Part shown: positions 15,460 to 26,645 of the stretch, one piece after another
How positions within the stretch are numbered: the first letter of the stretch is position 1
Layout of the letters: every line of letters starts with the position of its first letter
Assembly: GCF_022539665.2 (NCBI RefSeq)
Contig: NC_081331.1
Span: 10,912,001 to 10,976,000, forward strand
Direction of reading: 5' to 3'
Source of the DNA: Daphnia carinata
Lineage: Eukaryota
Length of the DNA stretch: 64,000 bases
Translations under genes and position numbers: made by a program
The notes under the pieces: generated by a model
Told to the model about the DNA's origin: nothing
Databases searched by the model: none
The model's input: the letters and a program-made list of their open reading frames with translations, nothing else

Positions 15460-15690
15460 GTCGTCTGGGATTTGAACCACAGAATTCTTGCACCATAGGC
15501 CAGCGTGCTACCGGTATGTCATACTACCCTTGTTAACATTGTTTCGGATTGTGATACCTATATAGATATTCAGTACACACTAGCTTATTGTTGAATGCAT
15601 ATTAGTTATTTGTAAGTTCATGGTTGGAATAATGGTAAAGCATGTGGTTGTCATGCTAGAATACTAGGGTTCGATCCCCATATCAGTTAA
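15460..15690. pseudogene. Second, more diverged back-to-back tRNA-like pair (mirror at ~32020-32250)
   Basis: Minus-strand B-box GGTTCAAATCC (15468-15478) and plus-strand B-box GGTTCGATCCC (15668-15678). Each is preceded at tRNA-like spacing by degenerate A-box and anticodon-arm sequence. Confidence 0.5.
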
Positions 15691-15828
15691 TGTACAGCTA
15701 AATAATAAATACAAAATTAAATAGTGTAAAATCGTTTTTATTGTCCCTCCTTCCACCCACATATCCACCACTATTACATACATTTTAAAATACAGTACAC
15801 AACATACAATACATACACAGATACACTT

Positions 15829-16154
15829 AAACTAACACGTTGGCTGCCACGCCACCATTTTCTACTGTCGCTAGTGTCGCTATCCTAGGGATAGCGACCA
15901 AGGGGGCCGGGTAGGCCGGGCTGACACGGCGATGAGACCTTTTTGGGAACGCACACCCCAGGTCTCATCAGCCGCATCGAAAAAGGGAATTCCCTGTGGT
16001 GCGTTGCCTAGGGGCCATTCGGCCAATCTTGGGCAGTGGCGCTGCTCCACCCCATGGCAGATAGACCATGGAGCAGAACAGCGCGGCCCGTCCCTGTCAA
16101 GCTACAAAAAAAAAGGGGATCAAAGTGGGTGGGTGGCAGCCAACGTGTTAGTTT
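15829..16154. mobile_element. MITE-like element, 326 bp, 22-bp terminal inverted repeats
   Basis: AAACTAACACGTTGGCTGCCAC (15829-15850) pairs with GTGGCAGCCAACGTGTTAGTTT (16133-16154). It has internal hairpins and no convincing ORF. Confidence 0.75.
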
Positions 16155-16194
16155 GCAAAACATAATACAACATAAAACAAAACACAACCATACC

Positions 16195-16450
16195 ACGAAG
16201 ACGAGGCGACCACGAGGTGATGAAGGGGCGATAGGGGAGGCGTAGACGGCGTGACCACGAGGCGATGACAGGGCGACGACGACGGGCGAGGCGACGGGAG
16301 AGGCGAAGACGGGGCGACGGGCGAGGCGACGGGCAAGGCGACGGGCGAGGCGACGGGGAGACGGGCGAGACGGGCGAGGCGAAGACGGGCGAGGCGAAGA
16401 CGGCTACAGGCGAGGCGACGGACGGGGCGAAAAGCCAGGCGACGAAGGAT
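16195..16450 (+). repeat. GC-rich minisatellite (GACGGGCGAGGC-like units); mirror at ~31250-31515
   Basis: Tandem degenerate ~12-15 bp units. The unit arrangement differs slightly between the arms. Confidence 0.85.
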
Positions 16451-19400
16451 TATGAAGTGAAGAACGGGCAAAACTTAGAATTTTGATTCAATTTTGCGTG
16501 GAACAGAAGATGATGGCATAGTTCTAAATGATAAATATGAAGAAAACGTTACTACATGTGGAATATAATATTATTGGCATAATTATAACAGGGAAGGAAA
16601 TTTACTTTACCCTGTTGTCCAAAGACGCAAAAGTTGTTGGGCTGGTAATTTTGCTGAAGGAGAAGGCTCGGCAGACCTACGATGGGATATTATATTTAAA
16701 GAATGGCAACAGTAGATAAGCCTCAAACTTAAAATACCAAACAGGACTGGCTGTGATGTCCATTTCTATGTAAGTTGGTTGGTAGTGGTTAATCATTGGA
16801 ATCCAAACAAAGAGGGACACGATGCACTAGTCAGATTAAAGCTGTTTCTGATGACTAGGCAAAGGGTAGTCAAATGAGACAGTGGTGTGTTGGTTCTATC
16901 ATTGGTGACCTTCCCACTGGTTAGTATGTCTTCCGTTGTAAGTTTTACAAAGCTAGATGTTAAAGTCAGAATCATGCCAATATTAACGGCCACACACAAG
17001 TTACATACCTCTAAATAGAGCAACAGAGTAGCATGATGGAATGCTAAGGTCATAGTTCTTTGACAGAGCAATTTGTGACAGTTTGGAATTGGCAGCTTGC
17101 ATAGCTTGCAAGATTGCCCGTTACATGAAAAATGAAATATTTGGTTTGCTTCACGTCCAAAACGACACAGGGAATAAAACACTTAATAGTACTTAATTTT
17201 ATACAACTTTTCACTGGAGTCTAACATTTTTAACAAAGACTTTCAAGCAGGATTAACTGCTTACACCACTGTCACACGTAAACATTCCACCATTTTGGAA
17301 GCGCAACAGCGACATCTAGTTTTTTTCTCAACAACCAAAATAAAAGTGAATCGAAGAAGAATTAGTGAACAAGTTGTTTATTAAAAAACCTCGGTATTAC
17401 CATTAAAATACATGATTTAGATTGGAAATTTCACAGGGCTTTTTACAAGCGTGTCTGACCAGCATCAAACTGTAGTTTAAGAATAAATAATCTTACGTGT
17501 TTTTGTTTAAAATAGTACTTCCCATCTCTTGCCAGCTTTTAGTCGTATAAATATCAACACATAATCACCAGGTTTTTCTTGTGTCTTCTCGGTTAGAAAA
17601 TGAAAATACAAAATGACAAGGTTAAGTCAAAACAACGAATTACTAGAAGATCAACTGTCGGTCACACAACATGATACAAAAACACGACATTTACATATAA
17701 AACAATCGGTTCGGTATTGCGAACGCCTGTGTGCCCTTTGCGCTAATACCAATTTAATGAAGATATTGACCAAAAAGAACGACATTTTAGTTTTTTGCGC
17801 TCGTCCCCAGAGTCAGACGATTGAACGTAAAAAGTATAAAACACGCTCAAAATAGCCCAGAGAAAACTGAATCGGATAGCGCGGAATAACACGCAGGAGA
17901 ATACCGAGTAGTCTAACAAGAATAACGTTTATTACCTTTCAGCAGATTGTAAAACGGTGACAGTCAGTAGGATGTTTCGTATCCAATTGGAGACGCCTAC
18001 GTAGATCCTTGGGAAACTAAAAATTTTGGGCAAATCAAACAGTCCTCAAAACCCACTTCCTGGTGACGCAAGTTCACATATTATTTACATACTTTAACGG
18101 CTGTTGATGCTAGCTGCAATTTTTCCGGCGCAATGTAAATCCATCAATATTAGTAACCTAGAAAGAGAAAGTTTCTATTAGAAGAAAATAAGGATGATTC
18201 TTAATGTTCCGAGAATAATTAAACTTCGATAGGTCTTATTTACTAATTACTCACCCGATTTAGTATGTGTCACGCACCCTTGTTTTGCGTAACAGCCAGA
18301 CAGAGAAAACATTTTAAACCTTGGCTAAGGAGATCCGCCGGGCTCATCCAGGTTACGTGCTAGTGCTTTTCCATAAAACCTTCATTGTTAACTTGTTTGG
18401 AATTGATGTGACTCCTTGTTGTAATCATAGTAGGAGAGCAATCCCTTGATTTAATGTAATCTGGAAGGGAAAAATATTATAACGATTCAAGAAAAACATG
18501 GCTATTAAGATTACCACTAACTAAAATCTTAATCCTTTGAAGATAAGTTTTGTGCATTTCAAGAATTATTGAACATCAGAATTTTCTATTAATTCACCAT
18601 CAGGACAGATTAATATGTACCACTGCTATTGAAAAATGTAGACTGTACGTGATGTGTGCGATAAAAAAATCCAGAAAAATATCTGTTAATTCAAGTTCAT
18701 CTAATTTTCATCCATTCTACCATACCATTTCATTCCAACTACAGGGGAAACGGCCTCACGTGCAGAGACTTATCAAGGCGTATTCGGTTTTCTCAAGTAT
18801 AAAGCACGCTTTGAAATAGATGGAATGTTTGTCTGTTGGAAAGCAAACGAAATCATCCAGAGCCATTTCGGTCAGTATGGGGACGAGTTGAGTGCAATCC
18901 GGCCGAAAACCTTCGACGAAATCAACAGAAAGCATTGAAAACTTCCTCGATCGACAACTGAATTCGACATCTTGTTAACTATATGTTTTGCCCTGATGAG
19001 GAATGAATCACACACTTCTGGGATTTAAACTACGATAGGCCTACTCCAATATACAGACATAATGCAATTTTAAAACATCCGCCGCGTATATTCGAGAAAG
19101 CCTATTAAGCATAAAATCAAAAGGTGTGTATATAGTTTACATGATGTGAAATAAGAAAAAAAAAATCACCCGAATTGTAAATTTATTAAATAAATCCCGT
19201 GCTTAAGGCTTCGCCTTTAGACCTTAGCCGGATTTAACTTCACCCCGTTCCCACACTGACCAAAACGGCTCTTAGTGATTCCGTTTCGTTCTGCCTGCAT
19301 TTTCACTTTCAAAGAAATACATTAAACAAAGATAAATTTATACGTAATAAATAAATATCCGCAAGGAGGCCGTTCCCTTTGTAATTGGAATTAACTTTGA

Positions 19401-21314
19401 ATTTGTGGAATAGAATGGTATAGTAAAATGGAGGACGATTGAGGGATTACTTATGACAAACTACGCAAGATATCTAGATGTTAGAATGATTTGGATCTAA
19501 ATGGATGTCCTACCTCGTTCACATCACTTGAACATTTCAATTATATATGAATACGGGAAGAGCTTCTCAGCACTCAACTTCAGATTGAGAAGCGTAAAAT
19601 TTTAAATAAATACTATTACTTGTATGGCTTCCAACTATTTTGAAGTTGAAGCTTTGCTGCTGTGCCAATTCCGGATGTTTAACTCTGTGTTTCTAATAAC
19701 AAACCCTTATGATAATGGTAGATACATGGTTGCATGTTGCTGCGTAGTCGGTTGTTTTAAAGACGAATGCTTCCTTTTCTTTGCTCTCGTTTCACAGATA
19801 AGAAAGACTTCAGATTAATATAGCACATAAAAGAATTATACGACTCAAACCTTACCTAGGCCATGGTTATTTCAGACATCAGCAGCGTTGGCAATACAAG
19901 ACGCACTGAAAACGTGATACAATTTTGAAAATGTTTTAGTAATGATTAAAATGGAATCTCAAAACGACATGCCTTGCTTATAGAAGAATAAGGTTTTCAC
20001 AGCTAAACGCAAAGTCCTCGAAGTACATAGCGTAAAGTGAAAGCTGTAACAAAAATAAATTAAGAAAACAATTAATGAATAAATATTTGTATAATAACGT
20101 ACCACGTAGTATCTAGATTCCAACCTTTTTGTTGTTTTAGCCATGGCAACATGGATATCGACGGATAAACGTCAAACATGCGAAAAGCAGTACGGTAGTC
20201 CAAAAACTCTTATCGGTTTTCTATGTAAATCTAACATAACCATGCCCAAAAAGAAAAGAAATATGTATATATGATGAATTAAACATGTGGTCTAAAGAAG
20301 AATAGCAAAAGTCAGTTAATCATATAGCTTTACCATGAATGAGAACCTGCAACTGGTTACTGATGTAGTTTTTTCTTCAAACAGAAGCTTTCTTGTTGTC
20401 CACATACTGTTGTGTATATTTGTTGTTCCATATCGCCGTTGATTCCAAAAACAGAACTATGAACAAATCGAGCTCGCTGAAGACGTTTCTGAGCGTATAG
20501 AACAAAGTTATGAGCATGCAAAAACTTCCATTGCATACCTAAGAGAGCTTAAAAGAACTTCAACTTCTATTTCTTCACCTGACTAACTCTTTCTTTTAAG
20601 ATGACTATTACTAACTATGGAACTAACCTGGAAAAAGTAGTACTATGGGGTTCTTAGAGGCGACAGCAAGACTCCATGTTTGAAGAGTAGCAGCCTGGAT
20701 GAACACAGAAGCGCCGGGGGATAGGTAGATTTTCTTCGGCCGCCAAGTGGCGCTAATTTTCCTTAGGAGTAGGTGAAAGAATATGAAAGAAGTTTTAGAT
20801 TTATATAAATTTGTCAATTTTAAATAGTCTACTAGTACTAATGGTGTTAGATACAAAAAGGAACAACAAAAACTTACAGGTATCGAATTGGGTCACATAT
20901 CCCGATCATAAGCGTCTGCATCCACGAGCCGTCTTTCAGGCCGTGGGGAGGCTAACGAACAGCCTACGTTCAATGTTCCCCTCTTCTCCACCCTTCAGTT
21001 TGTGGGTCGATCCTTAACGTGTAGTGAACAGTACTACAGATCGATTTTTAGCCTGGCAAGGCTTTTTTTGCCATTTTTAGCCTGGCAAGGCTTTTTTTTG
21101 CCATTTTTAGCCTGGCAAGGCTTTTTTGGTGTACCATTTAGCCCCGTTATAGTAGGCATGGCTCTTCTTTTCTCTCTTCTTTTATTCTTTCTTCTTTTAT
21201 TCTTTCTTCTTTTATTCTTTCTTCTTTTATTCTTTCTTCTTCTTTTCTTTCTTGAATGAGTAGAATCTTGCGTATCTTGAATGATGAATTGGAGGGAAAG
21301 GGAGGGAGGGCAAT

Positions 21315-21387
21315 TGGCGGTGGCGGGACTTGAACCCGGGGCCCTCAGAATGCGAAGCGAAGGTGGTAACCACTGTGCCAGGACCGC
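21315..21387 (-). pseudogene. tRNA-Ala-like unit (mirror of 26258-26330)
   Basis: Reverse complement of 26258-26330. Confidence 0.65.
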
Positions 21388-21563
21388 ACATCCCAAACAA
21401 ATTTTGCTTTGGGTGTCACCCATTGAAATAGGTAGCTTATGAAGCAATGGAATAGTGTAGTATGGCGCTATGGCTTAGTATACGGCTACCATGCTGATTT
21501 CACGGGTTCGATTCTATGTTTTTATAATTATATTAATATTTTTTTTTTACGTTTAGCAACGCA

Positions 21564-22325
21564 CTAGTAACTTTTGCCCGTGCAAGACCTGGGGATAGCG
21601 CATTTTAACGCTTCTTTTTCTTAATTTTAGTCGGTCAATCGTTAATTTGAGCCTAATTTATTCGTTATTTTGCCGTCTAATTTTAATTCTTTTTTCATAT
21701 TAAAACACTCCCTATTTTTGCCCGCAAACCCTCTCACTTTATTTATTTACTAGTAACGTTGAGCCCGTCCACGGCCGGGGGATAGTTGGCGCTAGCGTAT
21801 TTTTACGCTATTTTTAAGAAAATTGACCCATGCCTATTTTTTGCCCGTCTACTCTTAATTCTATTCATCAATCAAGAGTTCCCCTTTCATCCCCGCCGAC
21901 CCACTCATTGTTTCTGCCGGCCATCCCCTCACTTTCTCTGCCCAACCACACTTTACCCGTCGACCCCCTCTCTGCCCGTCAACCCACACTCTGCCCGTCA
22001 ACTCCCATTCTGCCCCCAAAAATGCCTACTGGGGGAACATCTACCTTTTTTTTGCATTTGCCCACCCTTTCGTCACAGTCTCGGCCCGTCAACACCCCCG
22101 CTATAGTTGTCCGTCCATCCATTTTTTGCTTCTGCCCGCTAAGAAGCCCGCTGTTATTGCCCGTAGACCCTCTCTCTGCCCGTCAGCCCCCGTTCTGCCC
22201 GTCGGCCCCCTCGCTGCCCGTCGACCCACTCATCTGCCCGTCGGCCCACGCGCTGCCTGTCGACCCACGCGCTTCCCGTGACGTGACTCGTGATGTGACA
22301 GACACAGGCTCCTCCTCTTCAAAGA
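21564..22325 (-). mobile_element. Non-autonomous Helitron-like element (mirror of 25321-26082)
   Basis: Two hairpin+CTAG termini on the minus strand, at 21564 and 21750, and an internal CTGCCCGTC tandem array. Confidence 0.5.
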
Positions 22326-22906
22326 CATCATGTGTCGCCATCTAGGTAAAATCCAGTTCAGTCAGATTCAAACAAAAAACAAGCTTAACTTTGTCTTTAC
22401 TTATTTTCTCAGAAATCTGGATTGCTATAAAAACCCATGATTTTGAATCGAAATTCAACGATGATGTCGGAAAACCAGTGCGTTTTTAGTTGCGTTTTTT
22501 CGGAACGAATATCGTTTGGCCTTTCGAAAATCGATTAAAGGATCCGATAAGCAAGAACCCATTTGGCGTAGTCAATGGGGGGGGGGGGGGGGGGGGGTGT
22601 AAAACGGATTGCCATAGTTTGCATCAAACTTACCCATTCGGCAACCCAAGTGTGCATATGTTTTTCTTTGATAATTATTTTATTTTGCTACTATGCTTGG
22701 TAAACTGCAATTATGCCCAATATTTTTACCTTTGCATTTTAGGTCTTCTCTTCTATGTCACTAAGTACTATAGGGAAGGGAATAACTGAAGTTGATTGAG
22801 ATCTATTCTGATTCTCCTGATATCCATCTCAACAGGTTTTTATTTGCTTTTCAACATCCATTTCATAGTGGGACGTGTGGCTTTGATTAATATTGCCATA
22901 AAGTCT

Positions 22907-24256
22907 GCCGAAAATGGGTGTGGTACGGAAACCCAGAAACGGCATGAGCTCAACATCAAACATGGATTAGGTACTTTTTGGTTTTTTGTCTATCGAAAAA
23001 GTATTTTTAATGCTATTGTTTTACATTCACAGAATTTTAGCGGGGGATCAAGTCAAGTCTGGAAGTGTTACAGGATGGAAGAGTGAGCCTACAGTTGAAA
23101 AAACACTGAGAGTGCATTGCCGTTAAGGTATGAGGTAAAGTAATAGAGTATGCAAATTGTCTAATGAGAAGTACCATCTTGTGTGAATGAATCCTGTATA
23201 ACAGCAATCCTTTATAGTTCTGTCACAGCTAGAAGCCTCAAATAATTCTGCTTCTCTTGCTAAAGAACAACTTGTCCTTAACGTTCAGAGTGTTGGTGAA
23301 GCTGGGTACATAAATGGCCCTAAAGATGTTTCACTTCGCTGGCATTGCAGCGATGAACATCATACATGGACTCTTTAGGTATGAAAGAAATTTTCTTGAA
23401 AAATTTTTGAATTTATGACGAAGCATTTCTCCTCCTTTTTGCCAACCATGTCTAATCTACAAAAAAAAATTTATCCAATAGGAAAGGATTTTCAGCATAC
23501 TGGGAACACAGCTATCAACAATGCAACATTCTACGGGTGCTATTTTATCATTCAAGAGCCTTATACAATGATTTTCATCTGCAATTTGTATGGCCTTTCC
23601 CAAGCTTCTGCCAGAAGTTGAATCTATGAGTCATGTAAGTCACATGAGCAACAATTGAGATGCTTAATGGTGTTTTGCTTTTCTCAGTATAGGTTGATAG
23701 TAACATTGGATCTGAAAAGATTCTTGGTTGGGGCAAGACACTGAATAAATTGCAATGATTGGATGGTTAACATGACATTTCTATACTTCATTCGGATTCC
23801 CGAGACGGTATTGAAGTGCATATCTGGGCTCCCTTCTTTCTGAGACGGTATTTTATATATATTAAAAAATTGAAGTGCATATCTGGGCAAGACTGCACAA
23901 ACCGAATTAAAGGACCACACAATCTGCCCTTCTTTCTGAGGCCCCGTTTCCCCTAAATTTCTAATAAGGCCGTATTGTAGGAATATTGGCTTTGTGTTGC
24001 CCCTACTGTACGGTATATATAAAAATAACATATATCGCGGTTTGGAGGCTCTGGCCGGAAAAGGGGATGTGGGGGTCCGCTCACACAAGTCCGATGATGT
24101 GTTCACGGAGGGCGACGTCATTACTACCCACAAATCCGAATTAAAGGTTAATCGCTCCTGTAATAAAATGTTCCAAATCTTCAGCTCTTCTTCCGGCTTC
24201 TCTTAGCCAATCACCGGGTAAGCTCCCCGGTGGGTCAACATGGCAGTGTGACCCCC
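22907..24256 (+). repeat. Third, direct and diverged copy of the outer-arm segment 13965-15210
   Basis: It starts gccgaaaatgggtgtggtac (as at 13965) and runs collinearly to gggtcaaca-ggcagtgt (as at ~15190-15205), with local duplications at 23800-23930. Confidence 0.92.
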
Positions 24257-25320
24257 TACGGCCTTATTAGAAATTTAGGGGAAACGGGGCCTCAGAAAGA
24301 AGGGAGCCCAGATATGAACTTCAATTTTTTAAATATAAAATACCGTCTCGGGAATCCGAATGTATAGAAATGTCATGTTAACCATCCAATCATTGCAATT
24401 TATTCAGTGTCTTGCCCCAACCAAGCAATGTTACTATCAACCTTGAAAGGTTGCTCTTGTGACCATAGATTTTTAAAGTTGCAAAATCATGATTAGCATA
24501 GAATGTTGCAGATAGTAATGTCAATGCAATTTATTTTTTTAAACTAAAAAAAAGCAAACATCTTTAGGGCCATTTATGTACCCAGCTTTCACTCTGAACG
24601 TTGATGAGGCTTTAGCTGTGACAGAACTATAAAGGATTGCAGGATTCATTCACACAAGATGGTACTTCTCATTAGACAATTTGCATACTCTATTACTTTA
24701 CTTACTGTGCGCTTGTTTTCCGTACCACACCCATTTTCGGCAGACTTTATGGCAATATTAATCAAAGCCACACGTCCCACTATGAAATGGATGTTGAAAA
24801 GCAAATAAAAACCTGTTGAGATGGATATCAGGAGAATCAGAATAGATCTCAATCAACTTCAGTTATTCCCTTCCCTATAGTACTTAGTGACATAGAAGAG
24901 AAGACCTAAAATGCAAAGGTAAAAATATTGGGCATAATTGCAGTTTACCAAGCATAGTAGCAAAATAAAATAATTATCAAAGAAAAACATATGCACACTT
25001 GGGTTGCCGAATGGGTAAGTTTGATGCAAACTATGGCAATCCGTTTTAAACCCCCCCCCCCCCCCCCCCATTGACTACGCCAAATGGGTTCTTGCTTATC
25101 GGATCCTTTAATCGATTTTCGAAAGGCCAAACGATATTCGTTCCGAAAAAACGCAACTAAAAACGCACTGGTTTTCCGACATCATCGTTGAATTTCGATT
25201 CAAAATCATGGGTTTTTATAGCAATCCAGATTTCTGAGAAAATAAGTAAAGACAAAGTTAAGCTTGTTTTTTGTTTGAATCTGACTGAACTGGATTTTAC
25301 CTAGATGGCGACACATGATG

Positions 25321-26082
25321 TCTTTGAAGAGGAGGAGCCTGTGTCTGTCACATCACGAGTCACGTCACGGGAAGCGCGTGGGTCGACAGGCAGCGCGTGG
25401 GCCGACGGGCAGATGAGTGGGTCGACGGGCAGCGAGGGGGCCGACGGGCAGAACGGGGGCTGACGGGCAGAGAGAGGGTCTACGGGCAATAACAGCGGGC
25501 TTCTTAGCGGGCAGAAGCAAAAAATGGATGGACGGACAACTATAGCGGGGGTGTTGACGGGCCGAGACTGTGACGAAAGGGTGGGCAAATGCAAAAAAAA
25601 GGTAGATGTTCCCCCAGTAGGCATTTTTGGGGGCAGAATGGGAGTTGACGGGCAGAGTGTGGGTTGACGGGCAGAGAGGGGGTCGACGGGTAAAGTGTGG
25701 TTGGGCAGAGAAAGTGAGGGGATGGCCGGCAGAAACAATGAGTGGGTCGGCGGGGATGAAAGGGGAACTCTTGATTGATGAATAGAATTAAGAGTAGACG
25801 GGCAAAAAATAGGCATGGGTCAATTTTCTTAAAAATAGCGTAAAAATACGCTAGCGCCAACTATCCCCCGGCCGTGGACGGGCTCAACGTTACTAGTAAA
25901 TAAATAAAGTGAGAGGGTTTGCGGGCAAAAATAGGGAGTGTTTTAATATGAAAAAAGAATTAAAATTAGACGGCAAAATAACGAATAAATTAGGCTCAAA
26001 TTAACGATTGACCGACTAAAATTAAGAAAAAGAAGCGTTAAAATGCGCTATCCCCAGGTCTTGCACGGGCAAAAGTTACTAG
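25321..26082 (+). mobile_element. Non-autonomous Helitron-like element with duplicated 3' end (5' boundary approximate)
   Basis: ctatcccccggccgtggacgggctcaacgttaCTAG|T (ends 25896) and ctatccccaggtcttgcacgggcaaaagttaCTAG|T (ends 26082) each show a GC hairpin followed ~10 nt later by CTAG, the Helitron 3' signature. There is an internal ~21-bp GACGGGCAG tandem array. Confidence 0.55.
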
Positions 26083-26257
26083 TGCGTTGCTAAACGTAAA
26101 AAAAAATATTAATATAATTATAAAAACATAGAATCGAACCCGTGAAATCAGCATGGTAGCCGTATACTAAGCCATAGCGCCATACTACACTATTCCATTG
26201 CTTCATAAGCTACCTATTTCAATGGGTGACACCCAAAGCAAAATTTGTTTGGGATGT

Positions 26258-26330
26258 GCGGTCCTGGCACAGTGGTTACCACCTTCGCTTCGCATTCTGA
26301 GGGCCCCGGGTTCAAGTCCCGCCACCGCCA
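26258..26330 (+). pseudogene. tRNA-Ala(CGC)-like 73-nt unit
   Basis: Consensus A-box TGGCACAGTGG, loop TTCGCAT, CCCGGGTTCAAGTCCCG T-arm and 3' CACCGCCA. The stems are partly broken. Confidence 0.65.
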
Positions 26331-26394
26331 ATTTCCCTCCCTCCCTTTCCCTCCAATTCATCATTCAAGATACGCAAGATTCTACTCATTCAAG

Positions 26395-26645
26395 AAAGAA
26401 AAGAAGAAGAAAGAAAAAAAAGAAGAAAGAAAAAAAGAAGAAAGAAAAAAAGAAGAAAGAATAAAAGAAGAAAGAATAAAAGAAGAGAAAAAAAGAAGAA
26501 AGAATAAAAGAAGAGAGAAAAGAAGAGCCATGCCTACTATAACGGGGCTAAATGGTACACCAAAAAAGCCTTGCCAGGCTAAAAATGGCAAAAAAAAGCC
26601 TTGCCAGGCTAAAAATGGCAAAAAAAGCCTTGCCAGGCTAAAAAT
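26395..26645 (+). repeat. (AAAGAAGAAAGA..)n purine tract followed by three ~29-30 bp tandem units (AAAAAAGCCTTGCCAGGCTAAAAATGGC); mirror ~21045-21255
   Basis: Directly visible. The purine tract is about 44 bp longer here than in the left arm. Confidence 0.9.

Larger units (their letters stand above)
13169..22930 (+). repeat. Left arm of the long inverted repeat
   Basis: Reverse complement of ~24718-34502. Identical ORF translations occur at 15932/31780, 16793/30905, 17613/30084, 18550/29147, 19624/28074 and 21830/25816. Confidence 0.97.

Noticed and set aside
16148..16486. Arg/Gly- or Pro/Ser-rich ORFs (and mirrors 31227-31592)
   Set aside because: Translations of a GC-rich minisatellite.
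21786..22345. 171-aa and 106-aa Pro-rich ORFs (mirrors 25301-25860)
   Set aside because: They derive from the CTGCCCGTC tandem array, and their identity between copies merely reflects the palindrome.
25370..25810. CRISPR-like array of GACGGGCAG repeats with variable spacers
   Set aside because: Eukaryotic context, a 9-bp repeat core, spacers related to one another, and no cas genes.
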